A DNA stretch of 64,000 bases, taken from contig NC_043002.1 in assembly GCF_006345805.1 (NCBI RefSeq), forward strand, positions 61,566,001 through 61,630,000, read 5' to 3'. Positions 63,934 through 64,000 of this stretch are shown in pieces. The stretch is from Octopus sinensis. Lineage: Eukaryota. Below the pieces are notes generated by a model that did no database searches, was not told the origin of the DNA, and was given only the letters and a program-made list of their open reading frames with translations. Every line of letters starts with the position of its first letter. The stretch's first letter is position 1. The position numbers and the translations under genes were made by a program.

Positions 63934-64000
63934 ATTATTCAGTTTAATTTCAAGGTCTCTTGCCAATAGGGAAGGAGGCGGTTTCTAACCTAGATCCAAG

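Overview
Eukaryotic, very AT-rich and microsatellite-dense DNA. The SINE, Helitron and mariner content and repeat style point to an octopus (coleoid cephalopod) genome; this is an inference. The window is a tandem array of 12 paralogous class A (rhodopsin-like) GPCR loci with uninterrupted coding regions, all on the minus strand. Seven have open ~285-310 aa frames and five are pseudogenes. They fall into two subfamilies, here called A and B, mostly arranged as A->B cassettes. The receptors are unusually minimal: no Cys3.25, no Trp4.50, an ECL2 of only ~7 residues, an invariant Cys at the top of TM5, and NFxLY in place of NPxxY. Intracellular faces are conserved and extracellular faces variable, as expected of candidate chemoreceptors. 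A-type genes share an upstream ONECUT-like plus ETS-like motif pair; two orphan copies of it mark lost genes. The intergenic DNA holds mariner/Tc1, Helitron, CR1-like, R4/Dong-like, RTE-like and Penelope-like remnants and several SINE families. It also holds multiple type I hammerhead ribozyme folds: two with fully canonical cores (8029-8090 +, inside a ~350-bp foldback palindrome; 24887-24977 -) and several near-canonical or decayed ones. All alignments, folds and family calls were made by eye; no database searches were run.
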